A stretch of DNA of 64,000 nt from Escherichia phage vB_EcoM_FJ1: the sequence record MZ170040.1; one strand, written 5' to 3'. This document shows, one piece after another, positions 1 through 9,383 of the stretch. The first letter of the stretch is position 1; each line of letters begins with the position of its first letter. Position numbers and translations under genes: made by a program. Under the pieces are notes generated by a model, which saw nothing but the letters and a program-made list of their open reading frames with translations, made no database searches and was not told where the DNA came from.

Positions 1-1016
1 AATTCTTCTGCGATGGCTTTAACAGTTGTGTAACTATTTTCTGAATAAACTCTAATGCGGCAAGATTTACAAATACCTAGATAGTCAACAATAATGATTG
101 TTGGAACAAAATTCTTCTTGAGCTTTAATTCATTTAAAAGCGACCGAAATGTATTAGCATCTGCTCCACCAGTAGGATACTGTTTAACGATTAAACGGCC
201 GAGAGTAGATTTCTCACGCCATTTTTCCATTTTTCCTTTATACTCAGCGTAAGAAATATGCCCATCATCAATGTCATCAAGAGAAACATCAAGCATGTTA
301 GCGTCAATACGCTTAGCACAGACTTCTTCTGCCATTTCCATGGAAATGTAAAGAACATTATGTCCGAGCTGCAAATAATCTGCTGCCAATGAACACAAAC
401 CTAATGACTTACCGACGTTAACACCAGCCATTAAAACGTTCAGTGTTCCAGTTTCAGCTCCGCCTTTCGTAATTTTGTTTAGAATTCTGAGTTTAAATGG
501 AACTTTACGAGCTTTATTCATATAAGATAGCCAGCGTGCTTCGTAGTCATCCATCCAATCATGACCAACGTAGCTATCAAATGAAATTGATAATGCTTGA
601 CGCATGATGTCAGGAATAGCACCTACATCTGGCATTTTCTTATTTCGTTTTTCCGGAGGAAGCTCAGCATTAGTTTGAATTTCGATTATTTTAGACGTAG
701 CATTAAACATCGCCCTTTGCTGAACATATTTTTCTGTTTCTTTTACTAACCAGCTGTGGTCTTCCGGAGAATCAGCTAGTTTTGAAATAAGTGTTTTTAC
801 ACCAGAATATTCTGTTTCAGTAAATGAACTATTTTCTAATGCAACATTTAACGCATTAATAGATGGAACGCTATGATACTCATTGACATGAGATTTAATT
901 AATTTGAATGTATTTTTAGCTGGACCACTTTCAAAATATTCTGAATCCATATATGGCCAAACTTTTGAAAAATAAGCTTGATCAAATATGAGATGAGAAA
1001 GAATAATTTCTACCAC
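1..1016 (-). CDS. 41: replicative DNA helicase gp41, N-terminal part only (gene runs off the window start)
   Basis: Minus-strand frame open to position 1; GTG start at 1016-1014 five nt after AAGGAG; translation MVEIILSHLIFDQAYF...GAETGTLNVLMAGVNVGKS with DnaB-like Walker A; sits upstream of 40/uvsX as in T4. Confidence 0.8.
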   Translation of the reverse strand, partial: MVEIILSHLIFDQAYFSKVWPYMDSEYFESGPAKNTFKLIKSHVNEYHSVPSINALNVALENSSFTETEYSGVKTLISKLADSPEDHSWLVKETEKYVQQRAMFNATSKIIEIQTNAELPPEKRNKKMPDVGAIPDIMRQALSISFDSYVGHDWMDDYEARWLSYMNKARKVPFKLRILNKITKGGAETGTLNVLMAGVNVGKSLGLCSLAADYLQLGHNVLYISMEMAEEVCAKRIDANMLDVSLDDIDDGHISYAEYKGKMEKWREKSTLGRLIVKQYPTGGADANTFRSLLNELKLKKNFVPTIIIVDYLGICKSCRIRVYSENSYTTVKAIAEE

Positions 1017-1025
1017 ACTTACTCC

Positions 1026-1388
1026 TTAAAAGAATTTAAATTTTTTCTTTGACCTTTTATTAAATGCATCTTGTAGTTGCATTGTAATACATTTTTCTAC
1101 ATGAGGAGCTAACTCAGCTTTTCTTTCTTGGTCAAGAACAGCAAAGTCCATTACGACTTTTCCATCAACCCAATCTAATTTTGTCACATACACAATGTGT
1201 GTAGAACCATCTTCTAGTTTAATGACAATCTCCTGGATAACATTTTCCATGGCAGATTTAATTATCTTAAGAGATTCATTAAAAAGACGTTCTTTTCTTT
1301 CTTCTTCCCCCTCCGAAGAGGGGGATTCGTCGATAATTTCTAGATCTAAGTCTAAATCATCTTTATTCATTAAATTCTTCCATATCAC
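1026..1388 (-). CDS. 40: gp40-like small protein (head vertex assembly chaperone in T4)
   Basis: 120-aa ORF between uvsX and 41, same size and position as T4 gene 40; acidic N-terminus. Confidence 0.55.
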   Translation of the reverse strand: MIWKNLMNKDDLDLDLEIIDESPSSEGEEERKERLFNESLKIIKSAMENVIQEIVIKLEDGSTHIVYVTKLDWVDGKVVMDFAVLDQERKAELAPHVEKCITMQLQDAFNKRSKKKFKFF

Positions 1389-2544
1389 TTAACTGCTCGA
1401 GGTCAGTTTCTAAATCAGCAGCTGATTTACTTTTACTTTCTGGAGATTTAAATTTTTCAACCTTTGAGTTAATCAATTCATCAACTTCAGCTTCAACAAT
1501 TTCATTACTATCAATAGCACCTAACTGATAAGCACGTTTAATAGCATCTCGGAATGGTTGATGCTTAAATAAAGGACCCCAGAATGTAGTGCAGTTGGTA
1601 TCTTTTGCACGCCAAGATTTTTCTTCGCGAATCATCTCGCCGGTTTCTTCATCAAGAAATTCACGAGCATACCAGCCATTTTTAGGTTTTACCACGAATC
1701 CTAATTCTAGAGCCATATCTAACAATCCAGAATAAGGATCGATACCACCGTCAAATTTAACATCAATAAAGAATTTACTTTTTTCTTTAACAGTACGAGA
1801 TTTTTCTACATTTAGAACAAATTGATACCCCTGAAGATCAGAACCATCTTTAATCTGACGTTTACCGATAATGAATACAGTATCAGCCGAATACATTACG
1901 CCTGTACCACCTGTCATCACGGTTTTACTAAACATTTCAATTGTTTCAATTGTATGGTTAACCGCAACACATGGAATATTTTTAATGCTAAAGTAAGGAG
2001 TAACAATACGGAATAATGACTTCAGTGATTTAGCACGAGTCATATCTGCCACAGATTTTTCATTCAAGGCATCTTCCGTTTCTTTCTTAGAAGCCATATT
2101 ACCGATTGAGTCGATGAATACAATAACTTTTTCACCGCGCTCAATAGCTTCAAGCTGATTCACCATATCAATTTTCAGCTGTTCAACTGACTGAATCGGC
2201 GTATGAATTACTCGTTCCGGGTCAACTCCCATGGATCGCAAATAAGCTGGAGTAATACCAAATTCGCTATCATAGAATAGACAAACCGCGTCAGGATATT
2301 TGTTCAAATACGCCGCAACCATAGTCAAAGACATATTTGATTTAAAGTGTTTAGAAGGCCCTGCGAAAATAGTTAAACCAGACTGCATACCACCATCAAT
2401 CGCACCAGAAATAGCAATATTAAGCATTGGAATTTTTGTACGAATTACATCCTTTTCATTAAAGAATTTAGATGTAGTCAGTTCAGCAGTCATTTTAGAA
2501 GTGGAAGCTTTAATCAAACGGGATTTTAAATCTGCAATAGACAT
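1363..2544 (-). CDS. uvsX: UvsX RecA-like recombinase
   Basis: 393-aa ORF; RecA-fold Walker A (GPSKHFKS), Walker B (VIVFIDSIG); near-identical to T4 UvsX as recalled. Confidence 0.95.
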   Translation of the reverse strand: MSIADLKSRLIKASTSKMTAELTTSKFFNEKDVIRTKIPMLNIAISGAIDGGMQSGLTIFAGPSKHFKSNMSLTMVAAYLNKYPDAVCLFYDSEFGITPAYLRSMGVDPERVIHTPIQSVEQLKIDMVNQLEAIERGEKVIVFIDSIGNMASKKETEDALNEKSVADMTRAKSLKSLFRIVTPYFSIKNIPCVAVNHTIETIEMFSKTVMTGGTGVMYSADTVFIIGKRQIKDGSDLQGYQFVLNVEKSRTVKEKSKFFIDVKFDGGIDPYSGLLDMALELGFVVKPKNGWYAREFLDEETGEMIREEKSWRAKDTNCTTFWGPLFKHQPFRDAIKRAYQLGAIDSNEIVEAEVDELINSKVEKFKSPESKSKSAADLETDLEQLSDMEEFNE

Positions 2545-2621
2545 TCATTTTTTCCATAGGCATCATTATATTTTCCTCACTGGTTAAAGATAGAGTAATT
2601 ATAACACAATAAATTTAGGCA

Positions 2622-3470
2622 TTAATCAACTGCTATTGGATGAATAGCATTAAACTTATGAAATGCTTCTGATTTTTCTTTACGAGAAACACACATGCGA
2701 AGAACCTTTAATGGCTCGTCTTCTTCACCCAACGATTTTCGTTTTTCAATATTAGAAGTTTTCCAACGAGCTTGCTCTGGAAACTCTCTATTGATTTGCT
2801 CAAGCGCTCTATTATGTTTAGAATTACTACGAATTGAACTGCACCCGCCGGGAGCGTGTGATTTTCCAGATACAACTAGATATTTGAACAAGGCCAAATG
2901 CGGATAACCTTGATTAATTAAATTGAGAAATGCGTACATATCTTCACATAAATCAATTTTTCCATACCCAATTTGTTCTGTCGTAAGTTTTCCGAGGTCA
3001 TACCATGTATTCGTGAATCCATATGAGTTTTCACGATAATTACCCCAAGATGAAGTAATTTTAAAAATTGGTAGACGAGCATGACCGTGATAATACCCGC
3101 AATCCATAGCATCCTCAACGTATTGAATTAATTCATAGAACTGTTCACGAGTTAATTGATTAATTTTATCTACGCGCCGTTTATCGTCTCTCTTTCGTAT
3201 TGAACTCATACGAATAGTAGTATCATCATCAATCATCCAGATTCGTTGACCTGCATACATATCAGTAATTGCTTTACGAGTACCGGCAATTCCATTAACA
3301 TCATCAGGAATAGTTACAATTTTAGCTCTAGACCCATAAGCATCATAATAAGCTTTTTCTTCGTGTTCACGCACTACAATATGTGGTTCATAATCAGTCG
3401 GAAACATATCAAGGGCAGAAACTGCCCCTACACGTTGATAGCTTGGAATTACGAATTGAATCATTTCCAC
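2622..3470 (-). CDS. glycosyltransferase (DxD, GT-A-like) at the beta-gt locus; not T4 beta-glucosyltransferase
   Basis: 282-aa ORF between uvsX and gene 42 where T4 has the 351-aa beta-gt; contains WMIDDD motif; no resemblance to the T4 beta-gt sequence I recall. Confidence 0.5.
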   Translation of the reverse strand: MEMIQFVIPSYQRVGAVSALDMFPTDYEPHIVVREHEEKAYYDAYGSRAKIVTIPDDVNGIAGTRKAITDMYAGQRIWMIDDDTTIRMSSIRKRDDKRRVDKINQLTREQFYELIQYVEDAMDCGYYHGHARLPIFKITSSWGNYRENSYGFTNTWYDLGKLTTEQIGYGKIDLCEDMYAFLNLINQGYPHLALFKYLVVSGKSHAPGGCSSIRSNSKHNRALEQINREFPEQARWKTSNIEKRKSLGEEDEPLKVLRMCVSRKEKSEAFHKFNAIHPIAVD

Positions 3471-4201
3471 TCACCGTTATAATCTTTTTTCACAATATGA
3501 GTTTCGCCAGTATTCCACCAATGATCAACCAAGTAAAAATGACGAGAATATACATGAAGACTTCCAACATTCCATATAATAGAACCTGCTTTATACTGAC
3601 GAGTTGAATCGCCTGCATTCAAATCAGATACTAATTTATCTAATACGTATTTTTGCCATGCATAATCATTACGGAATCCGAAGACCACGTCATTTGAGCG
3701 CATGCTTACTACTGCATTGACTTTCTTATCACGAATCAGGTACTGTACTGTATTAGTACACATGAAATCCGACATGCCATCTTTATTGTAGTCAAACTGC
3801 ATGGATGGACGAGTATAAATCATGATACCGCGTCGAGAATCAGGATTTTGACCAAGTTCAGCTAAACACATATCATACTGGGCATAGTTATCTTCTGACC
3901 AGATGGCCCAACCATAATTCGAGTTAATTTCGCCTTTAGAAGATGCTACCTGCTGCCAAATCTTCGGCGTTTCACCTGGAATATCTTTAACAAACAGACT
4001 TTGAGACTTATACCATTCAAGTTCACGCTGAATGTATTCATCATTAAGAGCGCCAAAAATAAACGGTTCATCTGCTACAAATGATGCGCCAATAATTTCA
4101 ATAGTTTTAACACCAGTTTTATCAATTACGAAATCTTTTTCCTTTAATGCAATTCCCAAATGAAGACGGATTTCTTCAACTGTCAAAGAGTCATTAATCA
4201 T
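3461..4201 (-). CDS. 42: dCMP hydroxymethylase
   Basis: 246-aa ORF, same length and position as T4 gp42; thymidylate-synthase-like fold motifs. Confidence 0.9.
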   Translation of the reverse strand: MINDSLTVEEIRLHLGIALKEKDFVIDKTGVKTIEIIGASFVADEPFIFGALNDEYIQRELEWYKSQSLFVKDIPGETPKIWQQVASSKGEINSNYGWAIWSEDNYAQYDMCLAELGQNPDSRRGIMIYTRPSMQFDYNKDGMSDFMCTNTVQYLIRDKKVNAVVSMRSNDVVFGFRNDYAWQKYVLDKLVSDLNAGDSTRQYKAGSIIWNVGSLHVYSRHFYLVDHWWNTGETHIVKKDYNGEWK

Positions 4202-4208
4202 TTAAACC

Positions 4209-4358
4209 TCAATTGATACATTCATATTTAACTTGTAACAGTAATAAACCCCAACCTAAAATAATAGTTGGAATCATAAGAGGAACCGTTACACTATAGT
4301 ATATACTTATTATAACCATCAAGATTAAAAGCAACACTGCTATAATTTTGCTTTTCAT
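4209..4358 (-). CDS. small hydrophobic membrane protein (49 aa)
   Basis: ATG at 4358-4356 overlaps the imm stop as ATGA; translation MKSKIIAVLLLILMVIISIYYSVTVPLMIPTIILGWGLLLLQV... is almost entirely hydrophobic. Below the 60-aa cutoff of the ORF track. Confidence 0.4.
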   Translation of the reverse strand: MKSKIIAVLLLILMVIISIYYSVTVPLMIPTIILGWGLLLLQVKYECIN

Positions 4359-4606
4359 TCCTTCTCTCTGATGATAATTACCTGATTTGGCTGCGCAGAC
4401 TTTTTAGTTTCACCTGCAATTGACCAAATAAATGTAATAAACCAACCAATAATTGACCAGTTAAACAGTAAAGATGTGAAAAAGATTCCTACTGTCGATT
4501 TTGACCCACGCATCAAGGCGATAAACCATGGAAGCATGTATATAATAATAGCCAACACGCCTGAAACTAAAACCATAAAAATTGAACCTGCTACTAAAGT
4601 TTCCAT
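4355..4606 (-). CDS. imm: Imm superinfection immunity membrane protein
   Basis: 83-aa two-TM protein between 42 and 43, same size and position as T4 Imm. Confidence 0.8.
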   Translation of the reverse strand: METLVAGSIFMVLVSGVLAIIIYMLPWFIALMRGSKSTVGIFFTSLLFNWSIIGWFITFIWSIAGETKKSAQPNQVIIIREKE

Positions 4607-4613
4607 GTTTTCC

Positions 4614-4994
4614 TCACTTAGTCAAATTTTTTACACATGAATTATAAGAATTCACTACATACTCCATAGGAGCGTTTTTACCTGTACGCCATTGGTAATT
4701 ATTAGCCCAATTTGCCCAAAGTTCTGCACAGTAGTTTTCAATTTTTTCTTCGCGTGTAATTACATCCGAATTACGATATGCTTGAGCAGATTCATCTGGA
4801 CGAATAGCTTCGTCAAAATTCGCCTGCATTTGTTCTACTGTTTGCTTTGGAGCTTCTTTATAACACTTGACATTAGGATTATAAAACTTGCTTGAACAGT
4901 TTACAATTTTTCCTACATCAGACTGATTTACTACCGGTCCTTGAGCTACACAACCAGTAAGACCTAATGCAATAACCAAAATAGCGATTTTCAT
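4614..4994 (-). CDS. predicted lipoprotein
   Basis: 126 aa; N-terminal MKIAILVIALGLTGC (signal peptide plus lipobox LTGC); several Cys and Trp in the mature part. Confidence 0.5.
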   Translation of the reverse strand: MKIAILVIALGLTGCVAQGPVVNQSDVGKIVNCSSKFYNPNVKCYKEAPKQTVEQMQANFDEAIRPDESAQAYRNSDVITREEKIENYCAELWANWANNYQWRTGKNAPMEYVVNSYNSCVKNLTK

Positions 4995-5004
4995 AATAAT
5001 TTCC

Positions 5005-5241
5005 TCAAATACAAGTAGTAATTACTCCAGTAGTGCTTACACAGATATTACCTAATTGAACACCCAGCGTTCCATTAGTATTCACATGAAGATTATCATC
5101 AATTTTAACTGATATTTTACCATTAGTGTGAATAACGGTGCTAGATTCAATCACAGGTTGAGTATCATTTTCAACACTAACAAATGGAACGGCTGCTAAT
5201 GCAACTAAACACACTGCTAAGCAACCATAAACAATTTTCAT
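5005..5241 (-). CDS. small secreted protein
   Basis: Track ORF 5005..5298 starts at a TTG inside the promoter; the likely start is ATG at 5241 (MKIVYGCLAVCLVALAAVPFVSVEN signal peptide) with GGAG 7 nt upstream. Confidence 0.45.
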   Translation of the reverse strand: MKIVYGCLAVCLVALAAVPFVSVENDTQPVIESSTVIHTNGKISVKIDDNLHVNTNGTLGVQLGNICVSTTGVITTCI

Positions 5242-5271
5242 TTCATTCTCCAAATCCGTATCAGTAGTTGA

Positions 5272-5325
5272 TAGTTGTATAGTACCATGGAAGGACAAGG
5301 ATGTAAACCGTTTTGTGAAAAAATT
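5272..5325 (-). promoter_or_regulatory. early promoter (conserved family: -35 GTTTAC, 18-nt spacer, -10 TACTAT, AT-rich upstream)
   Basis: Minus-strand GTTTAC at 5308-5303 and TACTAT at 5284-5279; the same ~55-bp block recurs at least eight times in the window. Confidence 0.65.
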
Positions 5326-5395
5326 TTAATGAATCCAAAGGGTCCAGAATCATCTCTTTTTCATAAGTATAGATTTATATTACTTGTATGAAAAA

Positions 5396-5411
5396 GGGAC
5401 CCGGAGGTCCC
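5396..5411 (-). terminator. stem-loop terminator after gene 43
   Basis: GGGACC-CGGA-GGTCCC hairpin directly after the gp43 stop, followed by a T-run on the minus strand. Confidence 0.55.
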
Positions 5412-5424
5412 TAGATTTATTCTA

Positions 5425-8121
5425 TCAGCCAAACAGGAAGTCTAACGAAGCTTTTTCTTCATAGTCCATACCAGCCGATTCACACATACCCGCAAGCGGT
5501 TTAACAAACGATTTTTGGAACAAAGTTGAGTAGTCAATCCAAGATAGTACATCAGAACGAATTTCTTTTGGAAGTTCTGTGCCCGACGGCCAAGCAATAC
5601 ACTTGTCACCAAATGGATTTCCCTCACGTAATGGAAGAACCATTACTTTATTTCCATCCAAAATTGGAGCTACACCCAGACCACTAACAGCTCGACGATA
5701 AGTTAGCACACCGCGAATATGGAACGGACATTTAAATCCTGGCCAACCTTTATCATCATATTTTGCTATATCGTTCGCAGTTTTTACTTCAGCAATAACT
5801 TTATAGTCAAGTTGACGATATTCTTTCTCGAAGTTCTTGTAGTATTCTTGGACAGACTCTTCACCTTCCTGAAGAATACGACGAATACTTTCTTCGAGAG
5901 CTTCTTGCACTGCTTTTGGTGTTGAACTCTGTTGAGTTTCCATACCCATGATTTTTAGATGCGGTTCAGCAAATCGTTTATCTTCCATATCATAAACGTT
6001 CAGAGCATAACGCTTTTTCGCTTTCCAAAATCCACCAACGCCCTTTGAACCAAGTGGAGGGCAAGAAATAGCTTCACGGTCCATATGCATCAGATGCTCG
6101 CGATTATTCATATAATCACATAACTCACGATATGCAACATCAATCATAGGTTCCATCTTTTTCTTACCAAACTGATTCATGAATTCAACTAAATCATTTT
6201 GTTCTTTAAAGCGGTCAAGACCTACTTTTTCAATTACTTTATCTACACAAACATATACCGAATCAGTATCACCCGCGGCAATGAAATCTTCACCATCAGT
6301 TCCACATACTTTATTTAGATATTCATTAATTTTACGAGCAATCCACTGAATACCGACTTGACCGAAAATTGTGATAGCAGTAGCATTTCGCAAATCATAG
6401 TAACGGAAATGAATATTACCAAGAGCACCATAAAGACTGTTAATAAGAATTTTACGGTTCAGCTGATTTGTGTTAGCAAGTGTAGCTGCTTTTTCACATT
6501 CCTCAATCAGACTATTGAGAACGGATTCGGTGTAATTCGATAGTTCATTTAAGAAATCATCACTGAACTTAACATATCGTTCAACTTCTGGTTTAGTTGA
6601 ACAAGACCCTGCGCCTTTCATAATAATCTTTTTAATAGCTTCGGCATTCATTTCTTCAGCGAACATTTTCTTTTTCCAGTCTTTACGCTGGAAAAATACT
6701 TTAGCGATTTCCTTTGGAATGATACCTTCTTGATGCTTATCATACATCCATCCATTCGGAGAACAAGAATATTCATCACTCGGTTTAGGAGCTGTTCCTG
6801 CAATATATTCATGAATTGGATGAACTTTAAACTGCCCACGAATAGTCTCAGGACTAATGTTAACCTGACGAATAATGCTAGGATACAGAGACGTCAAGTC
6901 AAAACTCATAATATATCGACGAGCAATTGGTTTAGGTTCAAACACAAATGCACCCGGAAAACTTTGTTTAACGTGCGAACCCTGTTGAGGAATAACCTTA
7001 TGTTCACCTTTCAATGAGTTAAAAATAATAGCATCCCAAGTTTTAATAGGACTCATTACACCAGAAAAAGGCATTTTAGCATAATAAGACATACTTAAAA
7101 CTAGATCGATAAACCCGCGAATTTTATCAATTGCTTGAACTGATTCTACGTCAATGATGTTATAACTAATGTATCGTTGATGATTAGTTTCACGAAGTTT
7201 ATTAATAGGACCATCGTACGGTAATTTACCTTTTTTGGTTTCATGTTGAGCAACTGATTCCAAAGAGAATGACGGCAAATTAGTAAATGCGAATTTCTTA
7301 TACAAATCTAAATAATCAAGAATAGATACGCCATCAATAGAATAAATTTCTTTGCTACCGTACACATTTTGAATTAGTTTAGATTTTACTCGACCGATTG
7401 GAGAGAAGCGTTTCATACTACGTTCACCGAGAACCATTTTAACGCGATTCATGATATACGGAACGTCAAATCCCTCAATATTCCAACCGGTAAAAATAGC
7501 AGGTCGTTTCTGTTCCCAAAGATTGATATATTCCATGAGCATATCACGCTCATTATCGAATGGCATATAAATTACTCGGTCAAGAATTTCTTGAGGAACT
7601 TCATCACCACCTTCACAGTCAAGCTTAGCAGCTAACTTTGCATCCCATTTTGATACTGAACCGTACATTGAATTCAAAAGGTCGAAAACATAAAAACGAT
7701 CATCAATTGAATCGTAATGAGTGATAGCATCAATTTCATATTCAGCTTTCATTGGGTCAGGAAATTTATCACCAGTAACCTCAATGTCACAGTTAGCTAC
7801 ACGAACAAATTTTCGGTCATAAACAATTTCTGAACCGTATGTATCACTGATATAAGCGAGTTTAAAATCGTTCATACCGAGAGCTTCGAGACCGATGTCT
7901 TCCATTCGTTTCATCCAATCTCGGGCATCTTTCATTGATGGAAATTTTTGAGGAGCGCAGTTTTTACCATAGATGTCTTTGTATTTTGACTCTTCCTTAC
8001 AATGCCTAAACATAGTTGGAAGATATTCGACTTCACGGGTACGTTCCTTTCCGTTTTCATCAATATAACGTTCAACAATGTTATTTCCGACTGTTTCAAT
8101 AGAGATATAAAATTCTTTCAT
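5425..8121 (-). CDS. 43: DNA polymerase gp43 (family B)
   Basis: 898-aa ORF, same length as T4 gp43; exonuclease and polymerase motifs (DIE, YGDTDS, KILINSLYG). Confidence 0.95.
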   Translation of the reverse strand: MKEFYISIETVGNNIVERYIDENGKERTREVEYLPTMFRHCKEESKYKDIYGKNCAPQKFPSMKDARDWMKRMEDIGLEALGMNDFKLAYISDTYGSEIVYDRKFVRVANCDIEVTGDKFPDPMKAEYEIDAITHYDSIDDRFYVFDLLNSMYGSVSKWDAKLAAKLDCEGGDEVPQEILDRVIYMPFDNERDMLMEYINLWEQKRPAIFTGWNIEGFDVPYIMNRVKMVLGERSMKRFSPIGRVKSKLIQNVYGSKEIYSIDGVSILDYLDLYKKFAFTNLPSFSLESVAQHETKKGKLPYDGPINKLRETNHQRYISYNIIDVESVQAIDKIRGFIDLVLSMSYYAKMPFSGVMSPIKTWDAIIFNSLKGEHKVIPQQGSHVKQSFPGAFVFEPKPIARRYIMSFDLTSLYPSIIRQVNISPETIRGQFKVHPIHEYIAGTAPKPSDEYSCSPNGWMYDKHQEGIIPKEIAKVFFQRKDWKKKMFAEEMNAEAIKKIIMKGAGSCSTKPEVERYVKFSDDFLNELSNYTESVLNSLIEECEKAATLANTNQLNRKILINSLYGALGNIHFRYYDLRNATAITIFGQVGIQWIARKINEYLNKVCGTDGEDFIAAGDTDSVYVCVDKVIEKVGLDRFKEQNDLVEFMNQFGKKKMEPMIDVAYRELCDYMNNREHLMHMDREAISCPPLGSKGVGGFWKAKKRYALNVYDMEDKRFAEPHLKIMGMETQQSSTPKAVQEALEESIRRILQEGEESVQEYYKNFEKEYRQLDYKVIAEVKTANDIAKYDDKGWPGFKCPFHIRGVLTYRRAVSGLGVAPILDGNKVMVLPLREGNPFGDKCIAWPSGTELPKEIRSDVLSWIDYSTLFQKSFVKPLAGMCESAGMDYEEKASLDFLFG

Positions 8122-8160
8122 AGATATTCCTTAGTTTATAGCCCGAGTTATTAGGCTCTT
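8122..8160 (-). promoter_or_regulatory. gene 43 translational operator (hairpin plus Shine-Dalgarno)
   Basis: Minus-strand AAGAGCCUAAUAACUCGGGCUAUAAACUAAGGAAUAUCUAUG immediately 5' of the gp43 ATG; matches the gp43 autoregulatory operator as recalled for T4. Confidence 0.6.
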
Positions 8161-8180
8161 GATATATTATACTCCAAATA

Positions 8181-8196
8181 AGGGGCCGAAGCCCCT
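8181..8196 (-). terminator. GC-stem UUCG-loop hairpin
   Basis: AGGGGC-CGAA-GCCCCT (minus strand GGGGCUUCGGCCCC), flanked by A/T runs. Confidence 0.55.
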
Positions 8197-8201
8197 TTGC
8201 T

Positions 8202-8438
8202 TTAAATTTCTATTGTGTGACGCGATATAACGGACTTGCCATCTTTATTTGTGGTTTTGATAATCGCATGAAATGCGCGTTGGTGCGGGTAAACTAATCG
8301 TTGGAATTCTTTTTGGAATTCTATTTGTTTATCTTCCGGGAGGTCAAAAACCAGTTGGGTAGAAGACAGACCATATGTTTGTTTTAGATTTTCGAATATT
8401 AGAAAAGCTTCGGTAAACTGAATCTCTGATTGTGTCAT
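8202..8438 (-). CDS. hypothetical protein between regA and 43
   Basis: Track ORF 8202..8489 overlaps the regA end; the first ATG at 8438 (MTQSEIQF...) gives 78 aa with no overlap. Confidence 0.4.
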   Translation of the reverse strand: MTQSEIQFTEAFLIFENLKQTYGLSSTQLVFDLPEDKQIEFQKEFQRLVYPHQRAFHAIIKTTNKDGKSVISRHTIEI

Positions 8439-8448
8439 ATAATTTGCC

Positions 8449-8817
8449 TTAATTACCAATCGTATATTTAGGAACGAGTTTCCATTCATGTTTTTGTTTA
8501 AAAGAAATAACTCGGAAGTTATTAGTTAAATCTTTCATAAAAGTTCTTTGACCAGGAACGATTTCAATCAGTCCCCAATCTTCTAACAACCATGCTATTG
8601 AATCACGACGAACTTCATCTTCTTCTGTCATTTCAACTTGGCGACCATCCATACGAAGCATTTCTTTAAAATGAACGATATAGTATAGTCCTTTTTTCTG
8701 AAGAATATGACAGGACTGATACAGAACTTTATCTTTATTATTAGCAATTCCCATACGAGTCAAAGTTTCTTTTACTTTCAGAAAATCTTCAGGTTTTTTA
8801 AGAGTAATTTCAATCAT
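8449..8817 (-). CDS. regA: RegA translational repressor
   Basis: 122-aa ORF, near-identical to T4 RegA as recalled (MIEITLKKPEDFLKVKETLTRMGIANNKDKVLYQSCHILQK...). Confidence 0.9.
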   Translation of the reverse strand: MIEITLKKPEDFLKVKETLTRMGIANNKDKVLYQSCHILQKKGLYYIVHFKEMLRMDGRQVEMTEEDEVRRDSIAWLLEDWGLIEIVPGQRTFMKDLTNNFRVISFKQKHEWKLVPKYTIGN

Positions 8818-8818
8818 T

Positions 8819-9382
8819 TTACCATTCCAATGCTAGTTTTTTGAGTTGTTTCTGTTCTTTTACGTTCTTAGTCACTTCTTTCAAAAAATCATCCGTGACT
8901 AAACCTTTTAGTTCTTTTAATACTAAAGGAAGTTTTCCATTTTTAGTAAGAATTGATTTATAGTTAATTGCATCATTTGTATTAACTTGATACCGCTTAG
9001 CAAGTAACTTAATAATCAATACTTCGGTGGAATCTTCAACCAATTTTGCCCATTTACCATATCTTTTACCACGAGGAACTGCAGCCATTAGATAATTAAA
9101 ATGAGATTCATCACTTAATCCAGAACCGATTAAATTCATTGCATATACAGCTGGCATGCACTCTGGAAATTGTGATAATGCATTTTCAACCATGAATTTT
9201 GAATAATCTTTTTGAGCAATAGAGCATTTAGTTTTATTATTAATAGCTCCAATTATTTCAAAAAATTCATTTTCAGCTTTTTCTTTAAAAGAATCAGCAG
9301 CGGATTGGACAGCTGTCCAATCTTTTGAATACCAAGCAACTTGATGCTCGTTTAATTGAATATCATCTTCAAATAAGCTCAT
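8819..9382 (-). CDS. 62: clamp loader small subunit gp62
   Basis: ATG at 9382 gives 187 aa, the T4 gp62 length; sits between 44 and regA. Confidence 0.85.
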   Translation of the reverse strand: MSLFEDDIQLNEHQVAWYSKDWTAVQSAADSFKEKAENEFFEIIGAINNKTKCSIAQKDYSKFMVENALSQFPECMPAVYAMNLIGSGLSDESHFNYLMAAVPRGKRYGKWAKLVEDSTEVLIIKLLAKRYQVNTNDAINYKSILTKNGKLPLVLKELKGLVTDDFLKEVTKNVKEQKQLKKLALEW

Positions 9383-9383
9383 A

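Noticed and set aside
1195-2587. Plus-strand ORFs 1195..1392, 1822..2016 and 2300..2587
   Set aside because: They lie antisense within the well-supported minus-strand genes 40 and uvsX, have low-complexity composition and no motifs; treated as chance frames.
5442-7017. Small ORFs on both strands inside gene 43 (5442..5627, 5719..5925, 6358..6543, 6648..6839, 6730..7017)
   Set aside because: Embedded in the 898-codon DNA polymerase gene, in other frames or antisense; no start signals or motifs.
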